Shown here in pieces: positions 24,985 through 38,022 of a stretch of DNA of 64,000 bases; within the stretch, counting starts at the first letter, position 1, and every line of letters begins with the position of its first letter. A model generated the notes under the pieces. That model had not been told where the DNA came from, made no database searches, and saw only the letters and a program-made list of their open reading frames with translations. Source of the stretch: Octopus sinensis (Eukaryota); contig NC_043019.1 in NCBI RefSeq assembly GCF_006345805.1, positions 19,343,360 through 19,407,359 of the forward strand. The letters are read 5' to 3'. Position numbers and translations under genes: made by a program.

Positions 24985-26158
24985 ACAAAGAGAGAGACAA
25001 GTAAGCAATGTGCATTGATTGGCTTAAAGGAATGTTTTTGTTTGTTATCAATAGTGATGTGTTCAGTGGTTGATTTGTAGAAACAGAAGAGGTCAGATTT
25101 GATGGTTAATAATGTCTCAATATTCAAGTTTTATAACTTGCTGTTTTAAATTTGACTCTAAACTAGGTTTCAATGAGGCCTTTCATTTTCCTAAAATTTG
25201 TGAAATAGATACCAGTAATATGCTGGTGTAAGGTGCTTAGCTGGCAGAATTGCTAGCATGCCAGACAAGATGCTGGCAGCATTTCTTCTGGGTCATTGCT
25301 TTGAGTTCAAATCCTACTTTACCTTTTATACCTTTGGAGGGTCAATAAAATAAAGTACCAGTCAAGTACTGAAGTCAATGTACTACCTCCTCACTTAAAA
25401 CTGATAGCCTTTAACTGCCATGGAAACCAGGTAACCAGCTTTTGAGTGCTAGGGGGTCAACAAAACATAAGTTGGATGATGGCTTAACTTCAAATGGTGC
25501 CTATTTTCAAGTAGATGAAATGACACCACTCTGGAGAGGAATGAGTAGGAACAGGCATAGCTGTGTGGTTCCTTGGAAATGCCTTGTGAGTGAAATTTCA
25601 TAGACAGAAATTTGTGGAAGCCCATTATGAGTGTGTGTGTGTGTGTGGGGGTATGTTCATGTATTATCAAAAGATATTCACATTGGCAAGGAAATTCTCC
25701 ATAAACATAATTTTTCTGTGGTTATTTATTCTACATGGGTTGCAAAGACACTGTCACTTTGGTCATCTGAAATGCAGCAAAGTCAATGACTGGTCTGTTG
25801 GAAACCTATAACCAATGGGAATATTATTCACAAAATGCATGATATAAGTATTTAGAGGAAAATCTTGTGTAGGGCAGAGGGGTGAGGCAAGTAAAGATTT
25901 TTAGCTTTGAGAGACCGTGGCCATTGTACTAAATAGAAGTGTCAGAGACTAGAAACAGTATGTCTATGAGCTACTAATATTTTCAATTTTGTAGATATGC
26001 ACTGTTTTACATGAATATGCAACAAAATAATAATGATGATGATGATGATGATTTCATTTATTTGCCACAAGGGCAAAGGATGAAATAATAATAATAAAAA
26101 CAGAAAAAAACTAGATATATACAATCCTCTTAAGTATAAAATAGCCTGGCTATGGTAA

Positions 26159-26320
26159 ATGAAGAAGGTGAAGTTAGTGCCATTTATTGTTGGGTCATTG
26201 AGGAGAGTATCAGAAGGCATCAAGAGGAATATAAAAGAAATTGGAATAGAATGCTCAGTAGAACTGTTAGAAAAGTTTTGCTTCTTTGGCACAACAAGAA
26301 TAATCAGGAAAGTAGAGATA
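26159..26320 (+). mobile_element. C-terminal fragment of a REL-endonuclease non-LTR retrotransposon ORF
   Basis: VKLVPFIVGSLRRV...IGIECSVELLEKFCFFGTTRIIRKV resembles the VPIVIGALG...LQKxxLLGTARIxRKV terminus of R2/R4/NeSL-type elements. Confidence 0.65.
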
Positions 26321-26344
26321 ACTGAAAAGAACAGTCAGCATGGT

Positions 26345-26413
26345 AGCAAAGGCCAGAAGCAGCAAAGGCCAGAAGCAGCAAAGGCCAGAAGCAGCAAAGG
26401 CCAGAAGCAGCAA
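26345..26413. repeat. 16-bp tandem repeat AGCAAAGGCCAGAAGC x4.3
   Basis: Four identical units plus a partial unit, read directly. Confidence 0.95.
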
Positions 26414-28496
26414 TGTCCTCTGTGCATGCAAGACTCCAGCAGTTCCAACAAAACCTGACTTTAACAAAAAAACAATAATGGTAATAATTCTTTCTACTTT
26501 AGGCACAAGTTTTGCAATTTTGTGGGGAAGGATTAGTTGACTGCATCAACTCCATAATGGGATTAGTACTTTATTCCATTGACCCCCAAAAGACTGAAAA
26601 GCAAAGCTGACCTTGGCAGTATTTGAACTCAGAACATAAAGAGCTGGAAGAAATACCACTAAATATTTTGTCCAGTTCAGTAATGATTCTGCCAGCTTCA
26701 AATTCTGACACAAGGTCAATAATTTCAAGGGAGCGGGTAAGTCAATTACACTGACCCCAGTGTTTGATTGGTTCCTTATTTTATTGACCCTGAAAGGCAA
26801 AGTTAAAACCTAGGCGGAAAATAATAATAATGATGGTTTTTGAATTATGCACAAGGTCAATAATTCTCAAAGGAAGGAGGTAGACGATGCCATCCACCCC
26901 AAATACTTGATTGGTACTTTATTTCATGCCCCCCACCCCTACTTCCCCCTGGAAGGATGAATAGAATAAAAAAATCAAGTTTAGTCAGAATAGAATTCAC
27001 AATGTACAGCGCCAGAACATTTAAATATAAGCAAGTTAGATGTCATTTGAATGACTGACCTCATCTGTAACGATAGAAAATAGTTTAATGTTTAAATATT
27101 CAATATTTTAATTCTGAAATATTATAAAGATAAAGTCATTTTGAAATGTTGTTTATCATTAAACAATTGAACTTTGATTTTCCCATCAGTGTCAAAATAC
27201 ATGGGCACATACATATGTATACACACACACACACACACACAGAAGCTGCACTCATATACACACACACTCACACATTCATACAGAAACACATGTACAAAGT
27301 AAATAACAAGGACACTTATACACACACACACACTCATAAAATGAAAAAAACATAAGTCTCCACATCAGACATGTTTTAGTTTTCCAGTCTTGTGACCATC
27401 CAAACCATTTACAAATTTAATACGTATCCACAAGCCCTGATTCCCCCCCCCCCAACACCCTATCATGTCCATCTCCAATCTTGATCCATCATCCTACAAT
27501 CTTTAAAACAAGACCAGAAGGGCACATTGAATAATGTACACTATGCATGGGAAAAAGAGAAAAAGACAGGCTGGTCACAGCTGGAATGCCCTTAATTCTA
27601 AGTTTCCTTGATTTGAGGTTGAGCTGGGTTAATCAACAATAGCAACAACTTCAATCATTCTCTATGATGGAACAATCCTTTGTAACTTTTGCATGGAGCT
27701 CAAAAAAGGCAACGTGAACCCTTTCACACAACAGACTTTTATTCTCTGTCTATCAAATTTATTCAGAAGGCTTTGGTTGGTGCCAGGCAGCAGTAGGAGA
27801 CACTTTCCCAAGGTGCTGAACAGTAGGACTGAACCTGAAACTATGTGGGTGGGAAGCAAACTTCTTAACCAGATCGACACCTGTTTGACTATTCCACAAG
27901 AGAAAGAGAAAAGAAGTTGGTTTGAAAAAGGGAAACCAAAACCTTCTTCACTCTTATTAACGAAGTGATTAGAATGAGCAGCCAAATGTCCCTCAAATCA
28001 CACATGAATGTCTTTAAAAAGGGGAACAGCCTGGATTATGTAATTCAAGTTAGACAATGCCTAAAAGAAACCCACAGCCCAGAGCACCTTTAATCAGAGA
28101 TCTGTTGGAAAGACTTGGCTCTTTTATTTGTCCACCCCTCCCATCCCCCACTTACCTGCTTTCCCTTTACTGCAACACCTCTGTCGGATGCTTCTCTGCA
28201 AAATCTCCATAGACATTCACAACCTGATAGTCATTACCTACACCACTCAGACATATATAATCATTACCGACACCAACAATTAACTCGGCAGATCAACTGC
28301 AGTCTAAGTAGTCTAAGACCAGGCCAAAACATCACTGAAGACCAGCAGTTAGTATTGCCTGGAAGCAGGCAGCGAATAACAGTAACATCAGCTCCCATTT
28401 ACCTTTGAACTAAGACTTCAGTTAATGAAAACAAGTAAGGCTTCATTGGATTGTCATTGAGAATAGGATTCATGTTGTATGTATGCAAACATATAC

Positions 28497-28620
<124 letters not shown>

Positions 28621-28631
28621 TACATACGTGC

Positions 28632-28664
<33 letters not shown>

Positions 28665-28687
28665 GATATACATATATACATACGTGC

Positions 28688-28719
<32 letters not shown>

Positions 28720-28775
28720 GTTTAGTATATATATACATACGTGCATATATATATATATATACATATATATATATG

Positions 28776-28807
<32 letters not shown>

Positions 28808-29354
28808 CATATATACATATATATATGTATATATATATATATACATATATACATATATATATGTATATATGTATATATATATATATATATGTATATATAT
28901 GTATATATATATATGTATATATATATATGTATATATATATATATGTATATATGTATAATATATGTATATATGTATATATATATGTATATATGTATGTATG
29001 TATATATATATATATGTATATATATATATGTATATATATATATGTATATATGTATATATATATGTATGTATATATATATATGTATATATGTATGTATGTA
29101 TATATATATGTATGTATGTATATATAAATGTATGTATATATATATGTATGTATGTATGTATATATAAATGTATGTATATATATATATGTATGTATATATA
29201 TATATGTATGTATATATGTATGTATGTATGTATATATGTATGTATGTATATATGCATGTATGTATATATGTATGTATGTATGTATATATATATGTATGTA
29301 TGTATATATATATATATGTATGTATATATATATATATGTATGTATATATATATG

Positions 29355-29393
<39 letters not shown>

Positions 29394-29510
29394 GTATATG
29401 TATATATATATATATATATATGTATGTATTATATATATATATATGGTATGTATATATATATATATATATGTATGTATATATATGTAGTGTATGTATATAT
29501 ATGTATGTAT

Positions 29511-29542
<32 letters not shown>

Positions 29543-29569
29543 GTGGTATGTATATATATATATGTATAG

Positions 29570-29612
<43 letters not shown>

Positions 29613-30557
29613 TATCTATATATGTATGTATATATGTATGTTATATATATAATGTATGTATATATATATATATGTATGTATATATATATAATGTGTAATG
29701 TATATAATATATGTATGTGTATATATATATATATATAGGTATGTATATATATATATGTATATGTATGTATATATATATGTATGTGTATATATATATATAT
29801 ATATATGTAGTATATATATGTATGTGTATGTATTATATATATGTATGTATATATATAATATATATATATATATATATGTATGTATATATAGTATATGTAT
29901 GTATATATATGTATGTGTATGTATATATATATGTATGTGTATATATATATATATATTATATGTATGTATATATATGTATGTGTATGTATAATATATATAT
30001 GTATGTATATATATATAATGTATGTATTATATATATATGTATGTATATATTATAATATGTATGTATAAATATATATGTATATATGTATGTATATATATAA
30101 TATATGTATATAATATGTATGTATATATATATGTATGTATATGTATGTATATGTATATATATGTATATATATATGTATGTATATATATATGTATGTATAT
30201 ATATATGTATGTATATATATATATGTATATATATATATGTATGTATATGTATATATATAGTATGTATGTATATGTATATATATGGTATATATATATATGT
30301 ATGTATATGTATATATATGTATATATATATATATGTATTTATGTATATATATATATGTTGTATATGTATATATATGTTTATGTATAATGTACATTATATA
30401 TGTAGTATATATATATATATATATGTATGTATATATATATATATATGTTGTTATGTATATATATGTATATAATATATATGTATGTATATATATATATGTA
30501 TGTATATATATATATATGTATGTATTATATATATATGTATGTATATATTATGTATGT

Positions 30558-30588
<31 letters not shown>

Positions 30589-30820
30589 ATAATATATATG
30601 TATGTATATAAATATATATACATATGTATGTATATATATATATATATGTAGTATATATATGTATGTATATAAATATATGTATGTATATAATGTATGTATA
30701 TATATATATGTATGTATATATATATGTATGTATATATATGTATATGTATGTATATATGTATGTATCTTATGTATATATATATATATGTTGTATAATATAT
30801 AATATATATAATATATATAT

Positions 30821-31155
30821 ATGGCTCAGTGGTTAGAGCGTCGAGCTTACGATCGTGAGGTTGTAAGTTCGAATCCCGGAGCGGGCTGCGTGCTGTGTTC
30901 TTGAGCAAGACACTTTATTTCACGTTGCTCCAGTTCACTCAGCTGTAGAATGAGTTGCGACGTCACAGGTGCCAAGCTGTATCGACCTTTGTCTTTCCCT
31001 TGGATAACACTGGTGGCGTGGAGAGGGGAGGCTGGTATGGCATGGGCGACTACTGGTCTTCCATAAAACAACCTTGCCCAGACTTGTGCCTCAGAGGGTA
31101 ACTCTCTAGGTGGCAAACCCATGGTCACTCATGACCGAAGGGGGTCTTTACCCTT
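30821..31155 (+). mobile_element. tRNA-derived SINE family C with a different 3' body, inserted in (TA)n
   Basis: A box tggctcagtgg, B box gttcgaatcc and the CORE-like ttgagcaagacactttatttcacgttgctccag; CpGs largely retained. Confidence 0.85.
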
Positions 31156-31420
31156 ATATATATTATGTCTATATATATATATATATATAATATATAATAT
31201 ATATATATATCTATAATATATATGTATGTAATATAATATATATATATTATATATATATATACTAGGTATGTATTATATATATATATATATATAATATATA
31301 TGTATGTTGTATATATATATATATTATATATATATATATATGTATGTATGGATATATATATATATATATGTTGTATAAATATATGTATGTATGTATGTAT
31401 ATATATAATATGTAGGTATG

Positions 31421-31455
<35 letters not shown>

Positions 31456-31659
31456 GTATATATATATATATATGTATGTATGTATATAGATATATATATA
31501 TATATATATGTATGTATATATATATGTATATATATATATAATATATATATATATATGTATGATATATAGGTATATAAATATATATATATATATTATATAT
31601 ATATATGTATGTATATATATATGTATGTATATATATATATAATTATGTATATATCTATC

Positions 31660-31743
<84 letters not shown>

Positions 31744-31906
31744 GTATGTATATATATCTATATTATATATATGTATGTATGTATATATATATATATATAT
31801 GTATGTATCTATATATGTATGTATGTATGTAGTATATATATATATGTATGTATGTATATATGTATGTATATATATATATGTATGTATGTATATATATCTC
31901 ATATAG

Positions 31907-31938
<32 letters not shown>

Positions 31939-32002
31939 TATGTATATATATATATATGTATGTATATATATATATGTATGTATGTATATATATATATGTA
32001 TG

Positions 32003-32033
<31 letters not shown>

Positions 32034-32075
32034 TATATATATATATGTATGTATATATATATATATGTATGTATG

Positions 32076-32111
<36 letters not shown>

Positions 32112-32133
32112 ATATATAATATATGTATGTATG

Positions 32134-32178
<45 letters not shown>

Positions 32179-32524
32179 GTATGTTATGTATATATATATC
32201 TATATATATGTATGTATCTATATATATATATATATATGTATGTTATATATAATATAATGTATGTATATAGATATATATATATGTATGTAATATATATTAT
32301 ATATATATATGTAGTATATAATATATGTATGTATGATATATATATATATTATATATTATAGATATATGTATGGTATATATAATATTGTAATGTATATATA
32401 TATATATTATAAACTTTTGATTAATCTACTACAAGATTATTCATCTTTCTATTTCACATATGTATGTATATATATATATATATATATGTATGTATATATA
32501 TATATATGTATGTATATATATATG

Positions 32525-32565
<41 letters not shown>

Positions 32566-32580
32566 ATATATATGTATGTG

Positions 32581-32611
<31 letters not shown>

Positions 32612-32654
32612 ATATATAATATATGTATATATATATATATATAATATATGTATG

Positions 32655-32704
<50 letters not shown>

Positions 32705-32705
32705 G

Positions 32706-32775
<70 letters not shown>

Positions 32776-32797
32776 AGTATAATATATATATATATAT

Positions 32798-32861
<64 letters not shown>

Positions 32862-32865
<4 letters not shown>

Positions 32866-33118
32866 TTAGAAATTGAGGTAATCAGATCAGATGGTTCATA
32901 TTTGTAGATATTTATTTATATATTACTTTTTTACATATATATCATATCATTCGGATTAGCGCTTGCTCCCATTCTAGTGGGTTTTCAAATTGAAAACCAC
33001 TAGAATGGGAGCAAGCGCTAATCCGATGATATGATATATATGTAAAAAATGTAATATATAAATAAATATCTACAAATATGAACCATCTGATCTGATTACC
33101 TCAATTTTTCTAATATAT
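32862..33118. repeat. About 256-bp spacer-less palindrome
   Basis: Arms of about 127 bp centred on 32989 (ttttcaa-a-ttgaaaa), differing only by a few 1-2 nt indels. Confidence 0.9.
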
Positions 33119-33366
33119 AATACCTGTACATCATCTCCAAACCTTCCGTGATATATATATAATATATATATAATATGATATGTATATAATATATGTATAT
33201 ATATATATATATATATAGATATATTAGATAATATATATCTATATAGATTATATATATATATATATATAATATATTGTATATGGGGATAATAGGTATGATA
33301 TATAATATATATATATATATGTAGATATATATATATATATATATATATATAATAATATATATATAT

Positions 33367-33417
<51 letters not shown>

Positions 33418-33458
33418 TATAATATATATATATAATATATATATATATATGTATATAG

Positions 33459-33489
<31 letters not shown>

Positions 33490-33519
33490 TATATATATAT
33501 AGTATATATAATTATATAA

Positions 33520-33567
<48 letters not shown>

Positions 33568-33617
33568 CTATATATATATATATATGTATATAATATATAT
33601 TGTATATATATATAATA

Positions 33618-33655
<38 letters not shown>

Positions 33656-33693
33656 GTATATATAGATAAATTAGGCTACTATATATTTATATA

Positions 33694-33744
<51 letters not shown>

Positions 33745-33835
33745 AATGTATATGTATATATATATATATATCTTATACATAATATATGTATATGATATAT
33801 ATATATATTATATATATATATAATGTATATGTATA

Positions 33836-33942
<107 letters not shown>

Positions 33943-34036
33943 GTTATATATATATATATATGTATAATATATATATATAATATATATATTATATATATAT
34001 ATGTATATATATATATATGTATATATATATATAATG

Positions 34037-34067
<31 letters not shown>

Positions 34068-34073
34068 GTATAT

Positions 34074-34121
<48 letters not shown>

Positions 34122-34129
34122 ATGTATAG

Positions 34130-34180
<51 letters not shown>

Positions 34181-34201
34181 GTATATATATGTATATATAT
34201 C

Positions 34202-34232
<31 letters not shown>

Positions 34233-34255
34233 GTTATATATATATATTCTATATT

Positions 34256-34330
<75 letters not shown>

Positions 34331-34490
34331 ATATAATATATATATATAATATATATATATATATATAATATATAATATATGTATATATATGTATATATTA
34401 TATATATATTATTGTATATATATATATATATGTTATATATCTATAGTATGTATATATATATATATAGTATAATATATATATATGTATATA

Positions 34491-34602
<112 letters not shown>

Positions 34603-34830
34603 ATAATATATATATGTATATATATATATAATATGTATATATATATATATATATAATGCAAAGAGCAATAAAGATCAAGTTAATTTAAAAAAATTTACTT
34701 GAATATGGTATCTTTAAAGAACTTTAAAGAACTTTAAAGAACGTTAATGAACTTTAGAAATCTGTTTAATTACTACATTACTTCATGAGTATAGCCTCAA
34801 ACACTAGGATGTCTAGAGAACTCACATGTA

Positions 34831-34919
34831 TTTTAGCTGATGAGTACGGGACTCGTTATATGCTGTAATCTTTGCAACTTTTAATAAAACCTGTCCTTGT
34901 ATGAACGATCGTACTAAAA
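34831..34919 (+). ncRNA. Type I hammerhead ribozyme-like motif (one core A missing)
   Basis: Stem I UUUUAG/CUAAAA; CUGAUGA 34837-34843; stem II GUACGGGAC/GUCCUUGUAU; GA(A); palindromic stem III ACGAUCGU; GUA cleavage triplet 34911-34913. Confidence 0.65.
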
Positions 34920-34993
34920 CCTATCATTCTGTTGCTTCTTTCTCGCGTATATATATATATGTATATATTATATATATATATATGTACTATATA

Positions 34994-35036
<43 letters not shown>

Positions 35037-35104
35037 TATATATATATATAATATATGTATATAGATATATATATATATGATATGATATATATATATATTA
35101 TATG

Positions 35105-35136
<32 letters not shown>

Positions 35137-35166
35137 GATATGTATATATATATATATATATGTATC

Positions 35167-35198
<32 letters not shown>

Positions 35199-35228
35199 GT
35201 ATATATATAGTATATTATATATATATAT

Positions 35229-35262
<34 letters not shown>

Positions 35263-35345
35263 GTTATATATATATATATATATGTAGATATATATATATA
35301 TAGGTATGTATATATATGTATAGTATATATATATATATAGGTATG

Positions 35346-35385
<40 letters not shown>

Positions 35386-35394
35386 AGGTATGTA

Positions 35395-35433
<39 letters not shown>

Positions 35434-35461
35434 ATGTATATATATATAATATATATATTTA

Positions 35462-35495
<34 letters not shown>

Positions 35496-35560
35496 TGTAT
35501 ATATATATATATATACATACGATATGTGTATATATATATAATATATACATACGATATGTA

Positions 35561-36803
35561 TGAAGGCCTTGACAAAGTCGACCACGGAGTGATATGTCAC
35601 AATTTACTCAGACTCGGCATAACAGGAAAAGTAGGTGAGTGGATACATGACTTCCTGAAGGACAGAAGCCAGATGGTTACAGCCAATGGAGCCCTCTCGG
35701 GAAAGACACCAATAGCAAGCGGGGGTGCCACAAGGGCACAGTCTTGGGACGCGCTTGCTTTTGGTGTCGCGCTCTCTACATTGCCCTTGGTAGCACAAAC
35801 AACAGCCCTCACTAGCTATGTGCTGATGACCAAAGGTAGCACAGCAATCAAAAACCCAGCTGATGCTGACCTTTTACAACAAGATCTGGATGCCATATAC
35901 AAATGGGCTGAATACAACAACATGCAATTTATTGCTGGTAAATTTCAAGCCTTACAATATCAAGCTGTAACACATATACATTACAACACAACTATACTGG
36001 TCCAGGAGGGATCGAAATCCCAGTATCGAAATCAATACGGGACCTGGGGATAGACATGAGTGACGATGCATCTTTTCTTCATACATCGCGAAGGTGGCAA
36101 CAATGTGCAGACGACCCACTGGCTGGATCCTGAGGACATTCCGGACAAGAGACTGCGAGACATGTTGACACTATGGAGGACATTTGTCCTAAGCCGCCTG
36201 GACTACTGCTCCCAACTGTGGTCACCGCATATGTCAAACTAACCACAGAGCTTGAGACAATCCAAAGACATTTCACCAAGAGGATTTCCACATGAAAGAA
36301 AAGAACTATTGGGGAGAGGCTAGGGAACTCAATTTGTACTCCTTGGAACGAAGACGAGAGAGATATGCAGTGATATACATATGTGCAAATCCTGGAGGGA
36401 CTAGCACCAAATTTTGGAATTGAGAGCTGTTCCAATCCCCGTACAGGACGTCACTGTGTGGTGCCAAAGGTCCCGTCTCCACTATCCAGGGTAAGGAGCA
36501 GATACTGTAATAGCCTGGGGTTCAGGGGCCCTCAGCTGTTCAACAAACTGCCAAAAAAACTAAGAGATCTACATGATGCGGATGTGGACATTTCCAAAAA
36601 ACATCTAGACAAGCTGCTTTCCGGATCCCAGATGAACCCCACTGCAAGGTACGAAGGTAACCTAAGGGCAGCAGCTACAAACTCTCTCTTAGATCAGTGG
36701 CCAGCCACGGCAAACTGGATTGGAGAGGGTAGCAACAAGGGCGGTGCCCCAGCATAGCCTCACTGGATGGCTGAAACAATTAAAAGAGTAAAAGAGTAAA
36801 AGA
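35561..36803 (+). mobile_element. 5'-truncated CR1-clade LINE (RT domain and C-terminus, decayed)
   Basis: DKVDHG, WIHDFLKDRSQ, YKWAEYNNMQF, LSRLDYCSQLWSP, YSLERRRERY, GPQLFNKLP; (AAAAGAGT)n tail; both flanks carry tatacatacgatatgt units (TSD-like). Confidence 0.9.
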
Positions 36804-36950
36804 TTATATATATATATATATATACATACGATATGTATATATATATATATACATACGATATGTATAATATATATATATACATACGATATGTATATATAAT
36901 ATATATACGATATATATATTACACTATATATAACATATTATATGTATATA

Positions 36951-37059
36951 TACGGCCTTCATGTTGAAAGCACCGGTTCTTGTCCGATCACCGAAGTTAA
37001 GCAATGTCAAGCTAGTTAGTATTAGATGGTGACCGCTTAGGAAACCTGGTGCTGTAAGC
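36951..37059 (+). pseudogene. 5S rRNA-derived copy (pseudogene or retrocopy head)
   Basis: tacggcc...ttgaaagcaccggttcttgtccgatcaccgaagttaagc...gttagtattagatggtgaccgcttaggaa...gtgctgtaagc follows the eukaryotic 5S consensus, including box A and box C. Several substitutions and no T-run terminator. Confidence 0.85.
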
Positions 37060-37065
37060 GTCACA

Positions 37066-37922
37066 CATTGTTTCTTCCACAAAGCGTATCGGAAATCGAT
37101 CCAAAAAGAGATCCGCAGAGAGGACTGGCCGAAATGTCTCTCCACACCAGACATTGACATGAAACTATTATGTTTCATGTCTGTTGTGCAAGCCATATGC
37201 CAAAATATTTCCCAGAGCACAAGGCCAAAACAAATAGGAAACAGATCCAAGGGAGAGGAAGATCCTCATGAGACGACGGACGGAGATTGCAAATCGTCTC
37301 ATCGCAATCTCAAAAGTAACGAAACGTCCCGCCTAAAAACAACACTGATGAGATCAAAAAAGCCTTTTTTCATTACGCGAAAGAAACAGCCTCAGTACGC
37401 AGTGCAAGATAGGACCACTCTTCCAAAAGATGGCTCCCTCACAGACAGTCCAACTAGGATCAGTAGGTACTGAATGACCAGTTCAAAAATGTCTTTACCA
37501 CCCCCGTTGAACACAGACAAGTGAACGAACCAGTGGACTTCTTTGCTGCTTCACCTATAACCAGCGAGGCAGTTACAATAGAATGTATTAACATTAGCGA
37601 AAAAGATGTCCTACTAGCATAGATGAAGTGGATACACACTCAACTGCTGGTCCTGATGGTTTCCCAGCCATCCCCAACTCAAATCAAGTGCATGTCTCTC
37701 CCCCCCCCCAGATTCTCTTCCGAGCTTTCTTACAAATGGCAAACTACAAGCAAGCTGAAGGAGGGAATAATATGCCAATCCATAAAGGGGGAAGTAGAGC
37801 AGATGCCAAAAAACTGTAGGCCTATCTCTCTGACTTCACACATCAGCAAAGTCATGGAACAGATAATCAGAGGGAAACTAATCGCATTTCTTAAAAAAAT
37901 AACTTGGTAAGTGATACCAGCA
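37066..37922 (+). mobile_element. CR1-clade LINE, ORF2 linker and RT N-terminus
   Basis: FHKA...WPKCLS, RKILMRRR, KAFFHYAK, NDQFKNVFT, AGPDGFPA, PIHKGGSRADAKNCRPISLTSHISKVMEQII; ends at the gap. Confidence 0.9.
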
Positions 37923-38022
37923 NNNNNNNNNNNNNNNNNNNNNNNNNNNNNNNNNNNNNNNNNNNNNNNNNNNNNNNNNNNNNNNNNNNNNNNNNNNNNN
38001 NNNNNNNNNNNNNNNNNNNNNN
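37923..38022. other. Assembly gap (100 N)
   Basis: Run of N. Confidence 1.

Noticed and set aside
28330-28380. CUGAAGA followed by a CCAG/CUGG hairpin (possible hammerhead)
   Set aside because: No GAAA in the right register and no stem I or III pairing found.
30821-30890. tRNA gene-like sequences here, at 21070-21135 and at 60846-60910
   Set aside because: They have A/B boxes but no acceptor stem or T-run terminator, and they continue into SINE bodies.
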